A DNA stretch of 64,000 nucleotides from Nostoc sp. DedSLP01 (GTDB lineage Bacteria > Cyanobacteriota > Cyanobacteriia > Cyanobacteriales > Nostocaceae): contig JAVRCJ020000009.1 in the NCBI GenBank assembly GCA_034530875.2, positions 32,001 through 96,000 on the forward strand, read 5' to 3'. Below, piece after piece: positions 53,115 through 63,976 of this stretch. The position numbers and the translations under genes were made by a program. Every line of letters begins with the position of its first letter. Positions within the stretch are counted from its first letter, which is position 1. Under the pieces are notes generated by a model. That model did not search any database. It had not been told where the DNA came from and was given only the letters and a program-made list of their open reading frames with translations.

Positions 53115-54556
53115 ATATTCAACGTAAGTACAGTTTGCCTAATTGTACGCTGCTTTTAGAAGGATTAAGTGATGTTACAAGAGCTGCACAATTCCAAGAA
53201 CTGCGGCCGGAATTATCAATATTGGTAAATGCAGAATGCTATATATCTGGATATAAGCAGCCTTTAACGGGAGGGCGTGAGTTTTTTGAAAGTTTAGTCA
53301 GGGCGGTTAGCGGCTATGCCCAAGAATTTTTAAGTAACGTACCTAACCCGCAAGCCCACAACCACGAATCAGAACTAGTAGAGTTTCAGAAAGTTGACAG
53401 CAACCGACACAGATTAATCGTGCATTCAGAAAGCGCACCAGAGGGTTTCGAGTCTCAGCCGAGTCATGCTAAACGTCCGCCGATTGAAATAGATTTGAGT
53501 ACGGTGCAGCTATTTGATTTGGTGGAAGCAGTAGATCAGTTTTTTGCTGATAGCCAAACTTTACCAGAACTTTCTCTAGAACTGCAACCAGTTACCAGAC
53601 GCTACGGTGGTGCTAGTCAAGCCTTCATCAACCAGGCTGTTCCTGCGGCTGTAGGAGTATCGAGTTTAGCAGTAGCAGCGATCGCTTTTAACTTGATTCC
53701 ACCTCCGCAATTGCGTACACCACAACCCACGCCAGAAACTAACTCCACAACCGAAAATTCAACTCCTTCCGCATCAGCAACTCCAACTCCCACAGCGCTT
53801 GCAACGCCAATAGCTGCTGCAAGTCCAACTGCAACACCCATAACTAATACCAAGCCAGAAGTTAAAGATTTAGAAACTCTTTTAAATACAGTTTCGGAAA
53901 TTACCGATCCATCACAACTGCGTGCATTAAATCGCCAAGTCTACAATCAACTCCATCCTTCTTGGACTAATCGTTCGGGATTGCAACAAGATTTGATTTA
54001 TCGTCTAGGTGTAGCTGCGGATGGAGCAATTGTTGGTTATAAAGCGGTGAATAAAGAAGCGAATGAAGGAGTAGACAAAACTCCTCTACCAAACTTACTT
54101 TACAATCCAGCTAATCGCGGCCCCATTGCCAACGAACCGATCGCTCAATTTCGAGTAGTATTTACTACATCTGGCGTACTACAAGTTAGCCCTTGGCGTG
54201 GATATGCTAGAACGCCAGAGGTAGTAGGTGCAAAAATTACTGACTCTAATACAGTTAAAGGTTTAAATCAAAAACTTTATAATACAGTTCGTCAAGCTTG
54301 GAGTGGCAAACCTACATTTACACGAGATTTGAAATATCGGGTAGCAGTCAACAAAGATGGTGTAATTGCTGACTATGAACCGCTAAATCAAGTTGCCTTT
54401 GACTATTTTCGAGAAACACCACTTCCGCAGATGTTTAATGCCATCTACGGTTCCAATACAGCAGCTCCAGATAACAAAGAACCTCTTGCCCACTTTCAAG
54501 TGATATTCCAACCTAGTGGCAAATTGGAAATTACTCCTTGGCGGGGATATCAGTAA
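53111..54556 (+). CDS. DUF4335-like membrane protein
   Basis: RKYSLPNCTL, LSTVQLFDLVEAVDQF, TM helix, Pro/Thr linker, duplicated C-terminal domain ending PWRGY; ATGA overlap with the upstream gene. Confidence 0.75.
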   Translation: MNIQRKYSLPNCTLLLEGLSDVTRAAQFQELRPELSILVNAECYISGYKQPLTGGREFFESLVRAVSGYAQEFLSNVPNPQAHNHESELVEFQKVDSNRHRLIVHSESAPEGFESQPSHAKRPPIEIDLSTVQLFDLVEAVDQFFADSQTLPELSLELQPVTRRYGGASQAFINQAVPAAVGVSSLAVAAIAFNLIPPPQLRTPQPTPETNSTTENSTPSASATPTPTALATPIAAASPTATPITNTKPEVKDLETLLNTVSEITDPSQLRALNRQVYNQLHPSWTNRSGLQQDLIYRLGVAADGAIVGYKAVNKEANEGVDKTPLPNLLYNPANRGPIANEPIAQFRVVFTTSGVLQVSPWRGYARTPEVVGAKITDSNTVKGLNQKLYNTVRQAWSGKPTFTRDLKYRVAVNKDGVIADYEPLNQVAFDYFRETPLPQMFNAIYGSNTAAPDNKEPLAHFQVIFQPSGKLEITPWRGYQ

Positions 54557-54716
54557 TTGGGCATGGGACATGGGGCATAGAGCATGGAGATGAGGGAGAT
54601 GGGGAGATGGGGGAGTGGGGGAAGAGAGGGGAATGTGGGGGAGAAAGATTTCTTCCCCATCCTCCCACTCCTCCCACACCTCCCCAATGCCCAATGCCCA
54701 ATGCCCAATGCCCAAT

Positions 54717-56987
54717 TCACCTTGTAATCCGCCGCATATAGTTTCCCCACAGCTGAGCTGCTTGAGCGCTGCTACCAGATGTAGGGGAATTGTTGTCGTT
54801 TCCCAGCCAAACGCCAGTTACAAGTCGGCGACTGGGAATAAAACCTATAAACCATAAGTCAACGTTTTTATCAGTGGTGCCTGTTTTTCCAGCTTCCCCC
54901 AGTCCAATGGAAGCACTACGACCGGTACCTCTGCTGACTACACCACGCATTAAAGTAGTCATTTCATCGGCAACGTCATTTGACAAAACTTTTTTGTTGG
55001 CGTCTGGATCTTGGTCGAAGGAATAGATAACGCGGCAAGTTTTAAGATCGTTGCGATCGCGGCAATCCCCACTATCTAAAATACGACTAATTGCATGGGG
55101 AGGATTCCACACCCCACGATTGCCAATGGCGCCAAAAGCACCAGTCATTTCTAAAACATTAACTACACTTTGACCCAGCACCAACCCAGGAACCGGATCG
55201 AGGGAAGACTTTATGCCCAAACGCTCGGCCATAGCCACCACTTTATCCAGCCCAACTTCTCTAGCAACTCGCAAAGCGATGGGATTTTCCGAAAAAGCCA
55301 GCCCAGTGGCAATATCTAAACTAGTGTCTGCACCAGCACGACAGGGTTTGTAAGTGAAGCCTTGCCAAGTTAAAGGAGCGCAAGAATAAGTATTAGATGG
55401 TGAAATTCCCTTTTCAATAGCGGCGGTATAAGCAAAGATTTTGAAAGTGGAACCTGGTTGTCTTTTAGCTTGAGTTGCACGATTGAACTGACTTTTTTTG
55501 TAATCAGTTCCCCCTACCATTGCCATGATGCTACCAGTACTCGAATCAAGGGTCACCATTGCTCCTTGAGAAAAGTTAAAAGTTGCACCAGCGTTATTTA
55601 CTGAATTACGCAATGCGGCTTCTGCTTGTCTTTGGATGCCTATATCGAGCTTGGTTTCAATAATATAGTTTCCTTCTCTTGCTGCTCCCTCGCCTAAGAT
55701 TGATTCCAACTCGGAGAAAACATAATTGTAAAAATAAGGGGCGATGGTTTTGGCTTGCTGTTCGCAAACTTTCGGACTAACTTGAACGGTGGAGCGCCTA
55801 GCGCGGTTGGCATCTTCGGGTTTGATTTTGCCCATCTCTAGCAACCGCTTAATCACCCGATTGCGGTATTCAGCAGTTTCGAGTTTATTTGGCCCGTCGC
55901 CGCAATAATCAAAACCGTTGGGAGCTGGTAAAATTCCCACCAATGTTGCAGCTTCTGCTAAAGTCAAATCTTTAGCTGATTTTTCAAAGTAATACTTAGC
56001 TGCATCTTCAAACCCAGAGGTATCCCCGCCCAAGAAAACCCGATTTAAATACATCAGCAAAATTTCATCTTTGCTGTAAAACGTTTCTAACTTTAAGGCG
56101 ACAATTGCTTCCCGCAATTTACGCCCCAAAGTATCCTGTCTGCCTACATAATCCCGGAACAAACTGCGGGCTACTTGCTGGGTGACAGTACTGGCTCCTT
56201 GCTGCACATCTCCACTGCGGCTATTAATCAATACGGCTCGCAAGATTCCTAAAGGATCGACTCCAAAGTGCCAATAATAACGACTATCTTCGGAAGCAAC
56301 TACAGCAGCAGGTAAATAAGGGCCAAAATCCTCTAATCGCTTCATGTCTACGTGAGAGGTAGTCCGAGGCTCTCTAAGAGGAGTAGCTCCATCGCGGGCA
56401 TAAACAACAACTGGGGCGCGCGTTGCTGTCGGTAAGGGTCTAACTCTAAATTTCAGCCATTCGACGCCGATTACTAATGCTAATAGGGCGCTGACACCAC
56501 CGATGCCATAACCCGTCCAAGTCGCAGCTTTGATATACCAAGGTGGCGGATCGACGTATTGCAATCGTACAGAAGCGGCGAGTTCTGGCGGTCCCAAAGT
56601 GAGAATATCGCCGTGACGTAGTTCCAAAGAATTGACGCGACGCTTGCCGCGATAGATACCATTGGTGGAGTTTTCATCTTTGATAATGAAAACAGGCGTG
56701 CGCTGAGTAGAATTGCGCGATAGCGACAGGTGAATTTGGCTGACTACAGGGTTACGGATGACGATATCGCAGGATTTGGAGCTACGACCGAGAATATAGC
56801 GATCGCCCAACAGTGGATACACCTCTGCTTTATCCGCCCCCGCATCCTGCACCCAGAGTTCCGGTACTTTAGCATTAGGCTTGAGCGCCAATTTAGAAAA
56901 ATCAACCCTAGCTTGAATTGTATGTACTGCTTGAGTCAGCTGACCTAGTAACGTTTGTTGCTTGTGAGGGGGTTGGGGAGAACTCAT
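54717..56987 (-). CDS. Class A penicillin-binding protein with N-terminal FHA domain
   Basis: FHA GRS..VSQIH..STNG; transglycosylase EDSRY, GASTVTQQVAR, RKLRE; transpeptidase STFK, SEN, KTG. Confidence 0.9.
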   Translation of the reverse strand: MSSPQPPHKQQTLLGQLTQAVHTIQARVDFSKLALKPNAKVPELWVQDAGADKAEVYPLLGDRYILGRSSKSCDIVIRNPVVSQIHLSLSRNSTQRTPVFIIKDENSTNGIYRGKRRVNSLELRHGDILTLGPPELAASVRLQYVDPPPWYIKAATWTGYGIGGVSALLALVIGVEWLKFRVRPLPTATRAPVVVYARDGATPLREPRTTSHVDMKRLEDFGPYLPAAVVASEDSRYYWHFGVDPLGILRAVLINSRSGDVQQGASTVTQQVARSLFRDYVGRQDTLGRKLREAIVALKLETFYSKDEILLMYLNRVFLGGDTSGFEDAAKYYFEKSAKDLTLAEAATLVGILPAPNGFDYCGDGPNKLETAEYRNRVIKRLLEMGKIKPEDANRARRSTVQVSPKVCEQQAKTIAPYFYNYVFSELESILGEGAAREGNYIIETKLDIGIQRQAEAALRNSVNNAGATFNFSQGAMVTLDSSTGSIMAMVGGTDYKKSQFNRATQAKRQPGSTFKIFAYTAAIEKGISPSNTYSCAPLTWQGFTYKPCRAGADTSLDIATGLAFSENPIALRVAREVGLDKVVAMAERLGIKSSLDPVPGLVLGQSVVNVLEMTGAFGAIGNRGVWNPPHAISRILDSGDCRDRNDLKTCRVIYSFDQDPDANKKVLSNDVADEMTTLMRGVVSRGTGRSASIGLGEAGKTGTTDKNVDLWFIGFIPSRRLVTGVWLGNDNNSPTSGSSAQAAQLWGNYMRRITR

Positions 56988-57427
56988 TGGCTATTCACAT
57001 CACACTTTTTAGTGAAGAATCGGGCGAACTACAACTTAGATGCTAATCTTCCATCATTTTACTCATAAGCCAAAGAATAAATTGGCTATATGGTTTATGG
57101 GAATTATTTTTTACCTTTGTATAAGTAAAAATTTTTCAACAAAGTATTATTTTTTTTACTCTCTTGCAAATTATTTTTAGTTAATCATTTGAAAACGCTT
57201 GATTTGTCTAGTTTTTTTAATTAAAGTTTTATCAGTAATAGCTATATTAACGTATTTTTAAATACAGACTACTACTAAATAACAAGTTTAATTTATACCA
57301 ATTTTACATATCCACATATTTTGAAATAAATTTTGAAACAAAGCTAAAAATCTTCATTTAGGAAGATTTTCTAAATCTTATTGTCTGCTTTAATGGGGCG
57401 AGTGTTCCGTTGAGGTTAAATTTTAGA

Positions 57428-58162
57428 ATGATGGGAAAATCTCTGACCCTAATTGGTACAGCTCTATGTTTGGCATTCACCACTAGTATTGCTGTAGCTC
57501 AATCCAGTAAATCCCCCATAGCTCAATCCAGTAGCGACTCCTCCACTAGTTCACCAACGGAAATCAAGATGTCGCCAGAAGGTATGAAAATTCTGTGCCA
57601 GAATTTCCCGCTGAATTCTCGCTGCGAAGGTGGTACACCACTGACACCTACTAGTACTCCTAGCAGCACTACAGTTCCAGCAGAAACCACACCATCCCAA
57701 ACCACAACTCCAGATAGCACAACCGCACCAGGAAGTGTCACTCCACCTGCATCTGGAACTTCTGACGATACCACCACCACTCCAGCTCCAGGAAGCGTTA
57801 CTCCCAGTGATTCTGGCGCTCCTAGCAATATAACTCCAGCCCCAGGAGCTCCTACTCCCGGTGATTCTAGCGCTCCTAGCAATATAACTCCAACACCAGG
57901 AACTGGTACTCCAAGTGATTCTGGCGTTCCTAGCAATGTAACTCCAACACCAGGAACTGGTACTCCTAGCGATGTAGCTCCAACACCAGGAAGCGGTACT
58001 CCAAGTGATTCTGGTACTCCTCGCAATGTAACTCCAGCAGCACCAGGAAACGATTCTTCAACTGATTCTGGTAGTCAAAATAGCACTACCGAACCAGCTC
58101 CTAGTTCTCCAAGTTCAGCTCCAGACTCTAGTTCCCCAAAAACTCCTACCACAGGTAATTAA
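57428..58162 (+). CDS. Secreted Pro/Thr/Ser-rich repeat protein
   Basis: Signal peptide ending AVA-Q; CQNFPLNSRC motif; ~16-aa TPSDSGxPSNxTPxPG repeats. Confidence 0.7.
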   Translation: MMGKSLTLIGTALCLAFTTSIAVAQSSKSPIAQSSSDSSTSSPTEIKMSPEGMKILCQNFPLNSRCEGGTPLTPTSTPSSTTVPAETTPSQTTTPDSTTAPGSVTPPASGTSDDTTTTPAPGSVTPSDSGAPSNITPAPGAPTPGDSSAPSNITPTPGTGTPSDSGVPSNVTPTPGTGTPSDVAPTPGSGTPSDSGTPRNVTPAAPGNDSSTDSGSQNSTTEPAPSSPSSAPDSSSPKTPTTGN

Positions 58163-58226
58163 ATTAACAGCTTTAGCATAATCTCAATACCAATTTGCTA
58201 TTAGCGTTCGCTGTGGAACTTGACAT

Positions 58227-58255
58227 CTAACACCAGTTACCATAACTGGTGTTAG
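58227..58255. terminator. Perfect 13-bp hairpin between convergent genes
   Basis: CTAACACCAGTTA-CCA-TAACTGGTGTTAG; a second palindrome at 58332-58354. Confidence 0.55.
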
Positions 58256-58362
58256 CAAAAAATCTAAATGACTCAAACCCATAGATAGGGTCGTCGCGTA
58301 TATGACCGAAAAAGGGCTTGAGCAACTAAGGGCCTGGGATGATTCATCCCAGGCTAAATATT

Positions 58363-58839
58363 TTAATTAGACCTGCCAGTGGAAGTTGGGGTTTTTTGGA
58401 ACGAGGCAATTAACAAGCAAACAATACCGATACTAATAAATGAATCTGCAACATTAAATACAGCAAAGTTAATCAAGCGGAAATCTAGAAAATCAACTAC
58501 ATATCCTAAAGCAAAGCGATCGATACCATTGCCCATCGCTCCACCTAAAATCAAGCCATAGCCTAGCTGATCCCATAAATTTAACGTTGGGCCAAACAAT
58601 GCCAGTGCTATCAATACTAAACTCACTCCTAAAGATAACCAGCGCAACCATTCTACTTTGCCACTTAATAGGCTAAAAGCCGCACCAGTGTTAGTAACAT
58701 AAGTCAAGTGAAAGATTCCAGGTAAGAGTGGTACTGTTTGCTCCAAACTGAAGGTTTGCACCACCCAATATTTTGTTATTTGGTCTAGGAAAAAAGCTAC
58801 GAAGGCAGCAATCCAGAAAAAGCGATTTTTTAAACGCAT
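58363..58839 (-). CDS. lspA: Lipoprotein signal peptidase II
   Basis: DQITK, NTGAAFS, GGAMGNGIDR, VVDF, FNVADS. Confidence 0.95.
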   Translation of the reverse strand: MRLKNRFFWIAAFVAFFLDQITKYWVVQTFSLEQTVPLLPGIFHLTYVTNTGAAFSLLSGKVEWLRWLSLGVSLVLIALALFGPTLNLWDQLGYGLILGGAMGNGIDRFALGYVVDFLDFRLINFAVFNVADSFISIGIVCLLIASFQKTPTSTGRSN

Positions 58840-58845
58840 GGTAAA

Positions 58846-58901
58846 TTAGTCATTAGTCATTGGTCATTAGTCATTAGTCATTGGTCATTAGTAATTGGTC
58901 A
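58846..58901. repeat. STRR (TT(A/G)GT(C/A)A)x8
   Basis: Tandem heptamers immediately upstream of lspA. Confidence 0.85.
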
Positions 58902-59058
58902 TTTGCAATCAGAAGCTACTTGCTACGCTTTGGAAATGCTCGCTGTAGTATGCCTGAAGGGCTATAGAGCGAACAAGTCGCCAGACACATCCAACGCTAG
59001 TAACTCAAGTTTGTAAGACAGGACAAATGACCAATGACTAATGAATAACAACTAATGA

Positions 59059-59646
59059 CTAATAAAACATTAAGTGACGCAATATATATGCTATTACAGT
59101 GACGGCACAGACTACAGTTAGTTGTCCTGGCAGTGCAAACCAAGAATATCTCAGAATTGCTTGCATTAAAGGTAGATTTTCTGTGCCTTTCCATTGAAGA
59201 AGATAGCTAATAATCAAATAAGTAATACCGCATAAGTGGAGAGTTAACAAGCCACAAATGCAACTAAAGGCCAGGGTCTCTAGTCTAGGCCTAGCTTTAA
59301 AGGCAAATAAACCACAAATCCAAGCTGCTGGTATGAAGCCTAACAAATAGCCAAATTGAGATAACTTGACATAACCTATACCACCGCCATCGGCAAACAC
59401 TGGGAGTAAAGTTAAACCCATGACCAAGTAAGCAATTTGAGAGAGCGCACCAGCATTTTTGCCTCCCAAACAACCTACTAGGAGTACTGCGCCAATTTGA
59501 AAAGTTACACCTAAAGAAAAAGTCTGAATTCCATGCTGACTCCAGCTCCAAGGTGAAGTAATGCCATAAGCTTCTAGGAAGGTGCCACCCATTGTCAGGA
59601 GTAACCCAATCATAGACCATAGTAGTTGGTTGGAAGCAGCAAACAT
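59059..59646 (-). CDS. bioY: Biotin transporter BioY
   Basis: TFQIGAVLL, AYLVMGL..LPVFADGGG, FGYLLGF; polytopic membrane protein. Confidence 0.88.
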   Translation of the reverse strand: MFAASNQLLWSMIGLLLTMGGTFLEAYGITSPWSWSQHGIQTFSLGVTFQIGAVLLVGCLGGKNAGALSQIAYLVMGLTLLPVFADGGGIGYVKLSQFGYLLGFIPAAWICGLFAFKARPRLETLAFSCICGLLTLHLCGITYLIISYLLQWKGTENLPLMQAILRYSWFALPGQLTVVCAVTVIAYILRHLMFY

Positions 59647-60453
59647 TTATTAGGCAACCAGGGAAAGGCAAAAGGGAAAAGCAATAGCAACCAGTATAAA
59701 CATTAATATTGAAATGAAATCTGTGCTGACATCTTAAACAAGTAGCATATTTTCTTTTCACTTTTTGGTATGTAAGTAGCTCGTTGTGAAAACTTATCGT
59801 CAGGATAAGGCAAGAGTTAGGAGGCAAAAGGCAGTATGAAAGAGCGTTTGAGCTAGGTTAACCTTTCTTAACATAGTTTGATTTTTTGACACTGACTTAT
59901 TTAATTTTTCAGTTCTGCAAATTGCAGCTTAAGCATCTATTATTTAATTAGCTTGACTAAGGTGCGATCCGATCGTGACTAGCGTTTGCTCTTAAGCATG
60001 GTAAAATTACTATCAATCTTTTTAGTGTTTATACTGCTTTTTCACTTATTGTTTATAGTTGTTGATTTTGGCAATAGGTTTTTTAGCGATCGCCTGCTCT
60101 ATTCTTCATACATAGCCAATCTTTTTTTCTCGAACTCTGCTTTCCTTAAAAAAATTTTCCAATCTCAATACTTTCTTCAAGCTTCTTCAGGTCTGCTAAA
60201 GCTCGAAAGCAAATAGAGTCCTACATAAGAAGTTAAGTCTACAACTCTACCACACTGTATTACTTAATTTAAATATCTTTTCCTAACTTCACCAGGAAAA
60301 ATAGACAATCAATTGAGTTTTGCAAGGCATGTAACGAAGACACAAACTGAGTTTTTGTGAAGACAATAGTCAAAAATAAGTATAAAATTTATCCAATGTA
60401 ACTTATAAAAAGGATTTGCTCTTTGTTTAAAAAAACATAAGATTTTTCAGTTT

Positions 60454-60484
60454 GTTAACCTATTGTTTACCTAGACCTCGACCT
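60454..60484 (+). promoter_or_regulatory. Pho box (SphR/PhoB site) upstream of pstS
   Basis: GTTAACCT-ATT-GTTTACCT then a weaker third unit; 11-bp spaced CTTAACCT-like repeats. Confidence 0.6.
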
Positions 60485-60537
60485 TTTAGGGGTATCTTAT
60501 AAACGCTAACCTGGAAAGTTACCAAAAATCGATAACG

Positions 60538-61719
60538 ATGCTCTCACGTATTAGTGTAAAAAAAAGTCAAAAAATTACAGGTTTGATTTCAGTATTAGCA
60601 CTGGCTCTCAGCCTAGCTGCCTGTGGCGGTCAGCAAACCTCAGAGAATACAACTACCAAAGATAGTCCTTCTGGTACTGCTAAAGATGCCACCGCTTCTA
60701 GCCCAGCTAAACTAGACCTTGGTGGAAACGTAAAGTTAACAGGGGCTGGTGCGTCTTTTCCAGCACCACTATATGACGCCTGGTTTACAGATTTGAACAA
60801 AAAATATTCCAATCTGCAAGTTGACTATGCATCAGTTGGTAGCGGTGCTGGAGTTGAGCAATTTATCAAAGGCACAGTAGACTTTGGTGCTAGCGACGTT
60901 GCGATGAAGGATGAAGAAATCCAGAAGGTGCCACAGGATAAGGGTGTTGTTTTACTGCCCATGACTGCTGGCAGCATAGTCTTAGCCTATAACTTGCCAG
61001 ATGTTGCTGAATTAAAGCTACCACGGGCTGTTTACGCTGATATTTTATTAGGCAAAATCAAATCTTGGGACGATCCGCAAATTGTCAAGGCTAACCCAGA
61101 TGCCAAGCTTCCTAAACAGCCAATCACTGTTGTTTATCGTTCTGATGGTAGCGGCACTACTGGTGTATTTACAAAACATCTCAGTGCTATTAGCCCAGAA
61201 TGGAAGAGCAAAGTAGGCGAAGGTAAAACTGTTAACTGGCCTACCGGAGTTGGTGCAAAGGGAAATGAGGGTATTACTGCCCAAGTTCAACAAACTCAAG
61301 GTTCTATTGGTTATGTCGAGTACGGCTATGCCAAACAAAATGGTCTCAAGTTTGCTGCTTTGGAAAACAAAAGCGGTAAATTTGTTGCACCTAGTGACGA
61401 GTCAGCTGCCAAAACCCTAGAATCAGTAACTCTACCACCAGACCTCCGCGCCTTTATTTCTGACCCACAAGGAGCTGATTCCTATCCCATCGTCACCTAC
61501 ACCTGGCTATTGGTTTACAAGAAATATGCTGATGCAGCCAAAGCTAAAGCTGTGGAAGCTACCGTCGAATATGCTTTAACTGATGGGCAAAAGCAAGCTA
61601 CTGCACTAGGCTATGTTCCTCTACCTCAAAGCGTAATCGCAAAGGTTGCTGCTGCTGCCGACCAAATCAGCCCAGAATATAAAATTGCAGTTGGCAATGG
61701 TACTAGTGCTAGCAAGTAG
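60538..61719 (+). CDS. pstS: Phosphate ABC transporter substrate-binding lipoprotein
   Basis: Lipobox LAAC; GAGASFP, GSGAG, DFGASD, RSDGSGTT, YPIVTYTW. Confidence 0.96.
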   Translation: MLSRISVKKSQKITGLISVLALALSLAACGGQQTSENTTTKDSPSGTAKDATASSPAKLDLGGNVKLTGAGASFPAPLYDAWFTDLNKKYSNLQVDYASVGSGAGVEQFIKGTVDFGASDVAMKDEEIQKVPQDKGVVLLPMTAGSIVLAYNLPDVAELKLPRAVYADILLGKIKSWDDPQIVKANPDAKLPKQPITVVYRSDGSGTTGVFTKHLSAISPEWKSKVGEGKTVNWPTGVGAKGNEGITAQVQQTQGSIGYVEYGYAKQNGLKFAALENKSGKFVAPSDESAAKTLESVTLPPDLRAFISDPQGADSYPIVTYTWLLVYKKYADAAKAKAVEATVEYALTDGQKQATALGYVPLPQSVIAKVAAAADQISPEYKIAVGNGTSASK

Positions 61720-62067
61720 CTACACACATATCATCCCAATCTGCATAGCTTAACTGTAACTTTCACTTTAGGAAAGTAGGCAGTGCGTAGAGACGCGGTT
61801 AATCGCGTCTGTACGAAGCAGAAATTTTTCAATTACGAAAATAAAGCTTAATCAGCTAAGCATGAGACATGCCCGATTGAAAATTATCCCTAATCAATAA
61901 TTCAATAGTATTGATAGAATGCTAGCTAGACTTTTGGCTTTACAGCATTCTTAAGTCTGAACTTGAAGTTAACAATGTTTTAGTTTTAAGAAATTATGAG
62001 GCGACAATTTTCCCAACTTAGTTGCCTCCCAGATTTTTCTTTGATTTAATTGTAATATTGGGTATTC

Positions 62068-63018
62068 ATGGCTACAAATTCTCCCAGTCTGTCATCAGCG
62101 GTGAAAAATCGCTCTGATGTAGAAAAGTCTCTAGATCGGAGTTTTATTTGGATAACTCGTATTTTTGCATTTGGGGTTGCTGCCACTTTATTATGGATTG
62201 GCTTACAGGTTGCTATTAGTGCTTGGCCTGCTATTCAAAAATTCGGTGCTACCTTTTTGGCTACCACCACTTGGAACCCAGTTAATGATAGCTACGGAGT
62301 ACTACCTCAAATTTATGGAACTCTTTTGAGTTCTTTTATTGGTCTATTAATAGCTGTACCTATTGGGGTTGGCACAGCTATTGTATTGAGCGAGGATTTT
62401 CTACCTGGAAAAGTTAAGTTAGTACTGGTTTTCGCTGTAGAACTACTCGCAGCCATTCCTAGTGTTGTCTATGGCGTGTGGGGTATTTTTGTTTTGGTAC
62501 CCATTTTAACCAACTTGGGAAAATGGCTGAATAGCTATTTTGGCTGGTTGCCATTATTTAGTACGTCTCCCACAGGGCCGGGAATGTTACCGGCAGGAGT
62601 CATATTAGCAATTATGACTTTGCCAATTATCACAGCTTTATCGCGCGATGCCTTAATTTCTATACCCCCCAGTTTGCGCCAAGCTGCTGTAGGACTAGGA
62701 GCAACGCGTTGGGAAACAATTTTGCAAGTTCTCATCCCAGCAGCTTTCTCAGGCATAGTTAGTGCTGTCATGTTAGCACTAGGTCGGGCAATGGGAGAAA
62801 CAATGGCCGTAACAATGTTGATTGGGAACTCTAATAACATTAGTGCCTCTCTGTTAGCACCAGCGAATACTATTTCTTCTTTGCTAGCAAATCAATTTTC
62901 TGAAGCTAGTGGCTTGCAAGTTGCTGCATTGATGTATGCTGCTTTAGTTTTATTCTTTTTAACTTTGGCTGTCAATATCCTGGCAGAGTTAATTCTTGTG
63001 AGAGTCAAACGACTTTAG
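62068..63018 (+). CDS. pstC: Phosphate ABC transporter permease
   Basis: ELLAAIPSVVYG, LGATRWET, LGRAMGETMAV. Confidence 0.96.
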   Translation: MATNSPSLSSAVKNRSDVEKSLDRSFIWITRIFAFGVAATLLWIGLQVAISAWPAIQKFGATFLATTTWNPVNDSYGVLPQIYGTLLSSFIGLLIAVPIGVGTAIVLSEDFLPGKVKLVLVFAVELLAAIPSVVYGVWGIFVLVPILTNLGKWLNSYFGWLPLFSTSPTGPGMLPAGVILAIMTLPIITALSRDALISIPPSLRQAAVGLGATRWETILQVLIPAAFSGIVSAVMLALGRAMGETMAVTMLIGNSNNISASLLAPANTISSLLANQFSEASGLQVAALMYAALVLFFLTLAVNILAELILVRVKRL

Positions 63019-63037
63019 GGTGGTTTTGGGTTGAATT

Positions 63038-63919
63038 ATGACTTATAGTTTTCCAGAGCGCAGTTTAACTCGCTCTCCCATGTCTCAAAGAACTCTGTTT
63101 AATACTGTAATGACTGTAATCGCATTTGTTTGCGGAGCATTGGCACTTGTGCCTCTGTTAGCAGTGCTTTCTTACGTCATTATTCAAGGTTTTAGCAGTT
63201 TGAATCCTAGCATTTTTGTGGAACTGCCACCCAAAGCTTTACAAAAAGGAGGGGGCTTTGGAAATGCAATTTTGGGCACACTATTAATGGTGGGAATTGC
63301 TGCCGTTATTAGTATCCCATTTGGCGTTTTAGCGGCGATTTACATTACAGAATTTAGTTCTGCTCATGTAGCGAGATGGGTACGTTTTGCTGCTAACGTC
63401 CTCAGTGGAGTTCCCTCAATTATTGCTGGGGTATTTGCCTATGGAATCGTAGTTTTAACACTAGTAAAGCTGAACTTAGGCTCATATTCAGCTCTTGGTG
63501 GAGGAGTAGCTCTGGCGATTTTAATGTTGCCAATTATTGTACGAACCACTGATGAAGCTTTACAGTTAGTATCGCAAGATTTGCGACAAGCATCTGTAGG
63601 GTTAGGAGCAACTAACTTTCAAACAGTAACACAAGTAGTTTTACCAGCAGCTTTACCAGCAATTGTAACTGGAGCGACGCTAGCGATCGCCAGAGCAGCT
63701 GGAGAAACCGCACCCTTGCTGTTTACTGCTTTGTTTTCCAACTTTTGGCCTGATAGCTTATTCCAACCGACAGCTTCCCTAGCTGTTTTAGTTTACAAGT
63801 ATGCCATTTCTCCGTTTAAAAATTGGCAATCACTAGCTTGGGCAGCATCATTGATTTTAGTATTGATGGTTTTGATTACAAGTATCATTGCTCGCTGGGC
63901 AACTCGCAAAAAAGCTTAG
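63038..63919 (+). CDS. pstA: Phosphate ABC transporter permease
   Basis: LSGVPSIIAG, ARAAGETAPL. Confidence 0.96.
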   Translation: MTYSFPERSLTRSPMSQRTLFNTVMTVIAFVCGALALVPLLAVLSYVIIQGFSSLNPSIFVELPPKALQKGGGFGNAILGTLLMVGIAAVISIPFGVLAAIYITEFSSAHVARWVRFAANVLSGVPSIIAGVFAYGIVVLTLVKLNLGSYSALGGGVALAILMLPIIVRTTDEALQLVSQDLRQASVGLGATNFQTVTQVVLPAALPAIVTGATLAIARAAGETAPLLFTALFSNFWPDSLFQPTASLAVLVYKYAISPFKNWQSLAWAASLILVLMVLITSIIARWATRKKA

Positions 63920-63976
63920 TGCATATTATCTACACAGCAGAATTATCATCGGTAAAACAAATACCACACTGAATTT

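Noticed and set aside
57523..58026. 167-aa minus-strand Gly/Val-rich ORF
   Set aside because: Antisense shadow of the Pro/Thr repeat protein
59857..59874. Second Pho-box-like pair GTTAACCT-TT-CTTAACAT
   Set aside because: 10-bp rather than 11-bp spacing, only two units, and ~660 bp from pstS
59986..60216. 76-aa hydrophobic ORF upstream of pstS
   Set aside because: TTG start, composition explained by T-rich intergenic DNA, no recognisable motif
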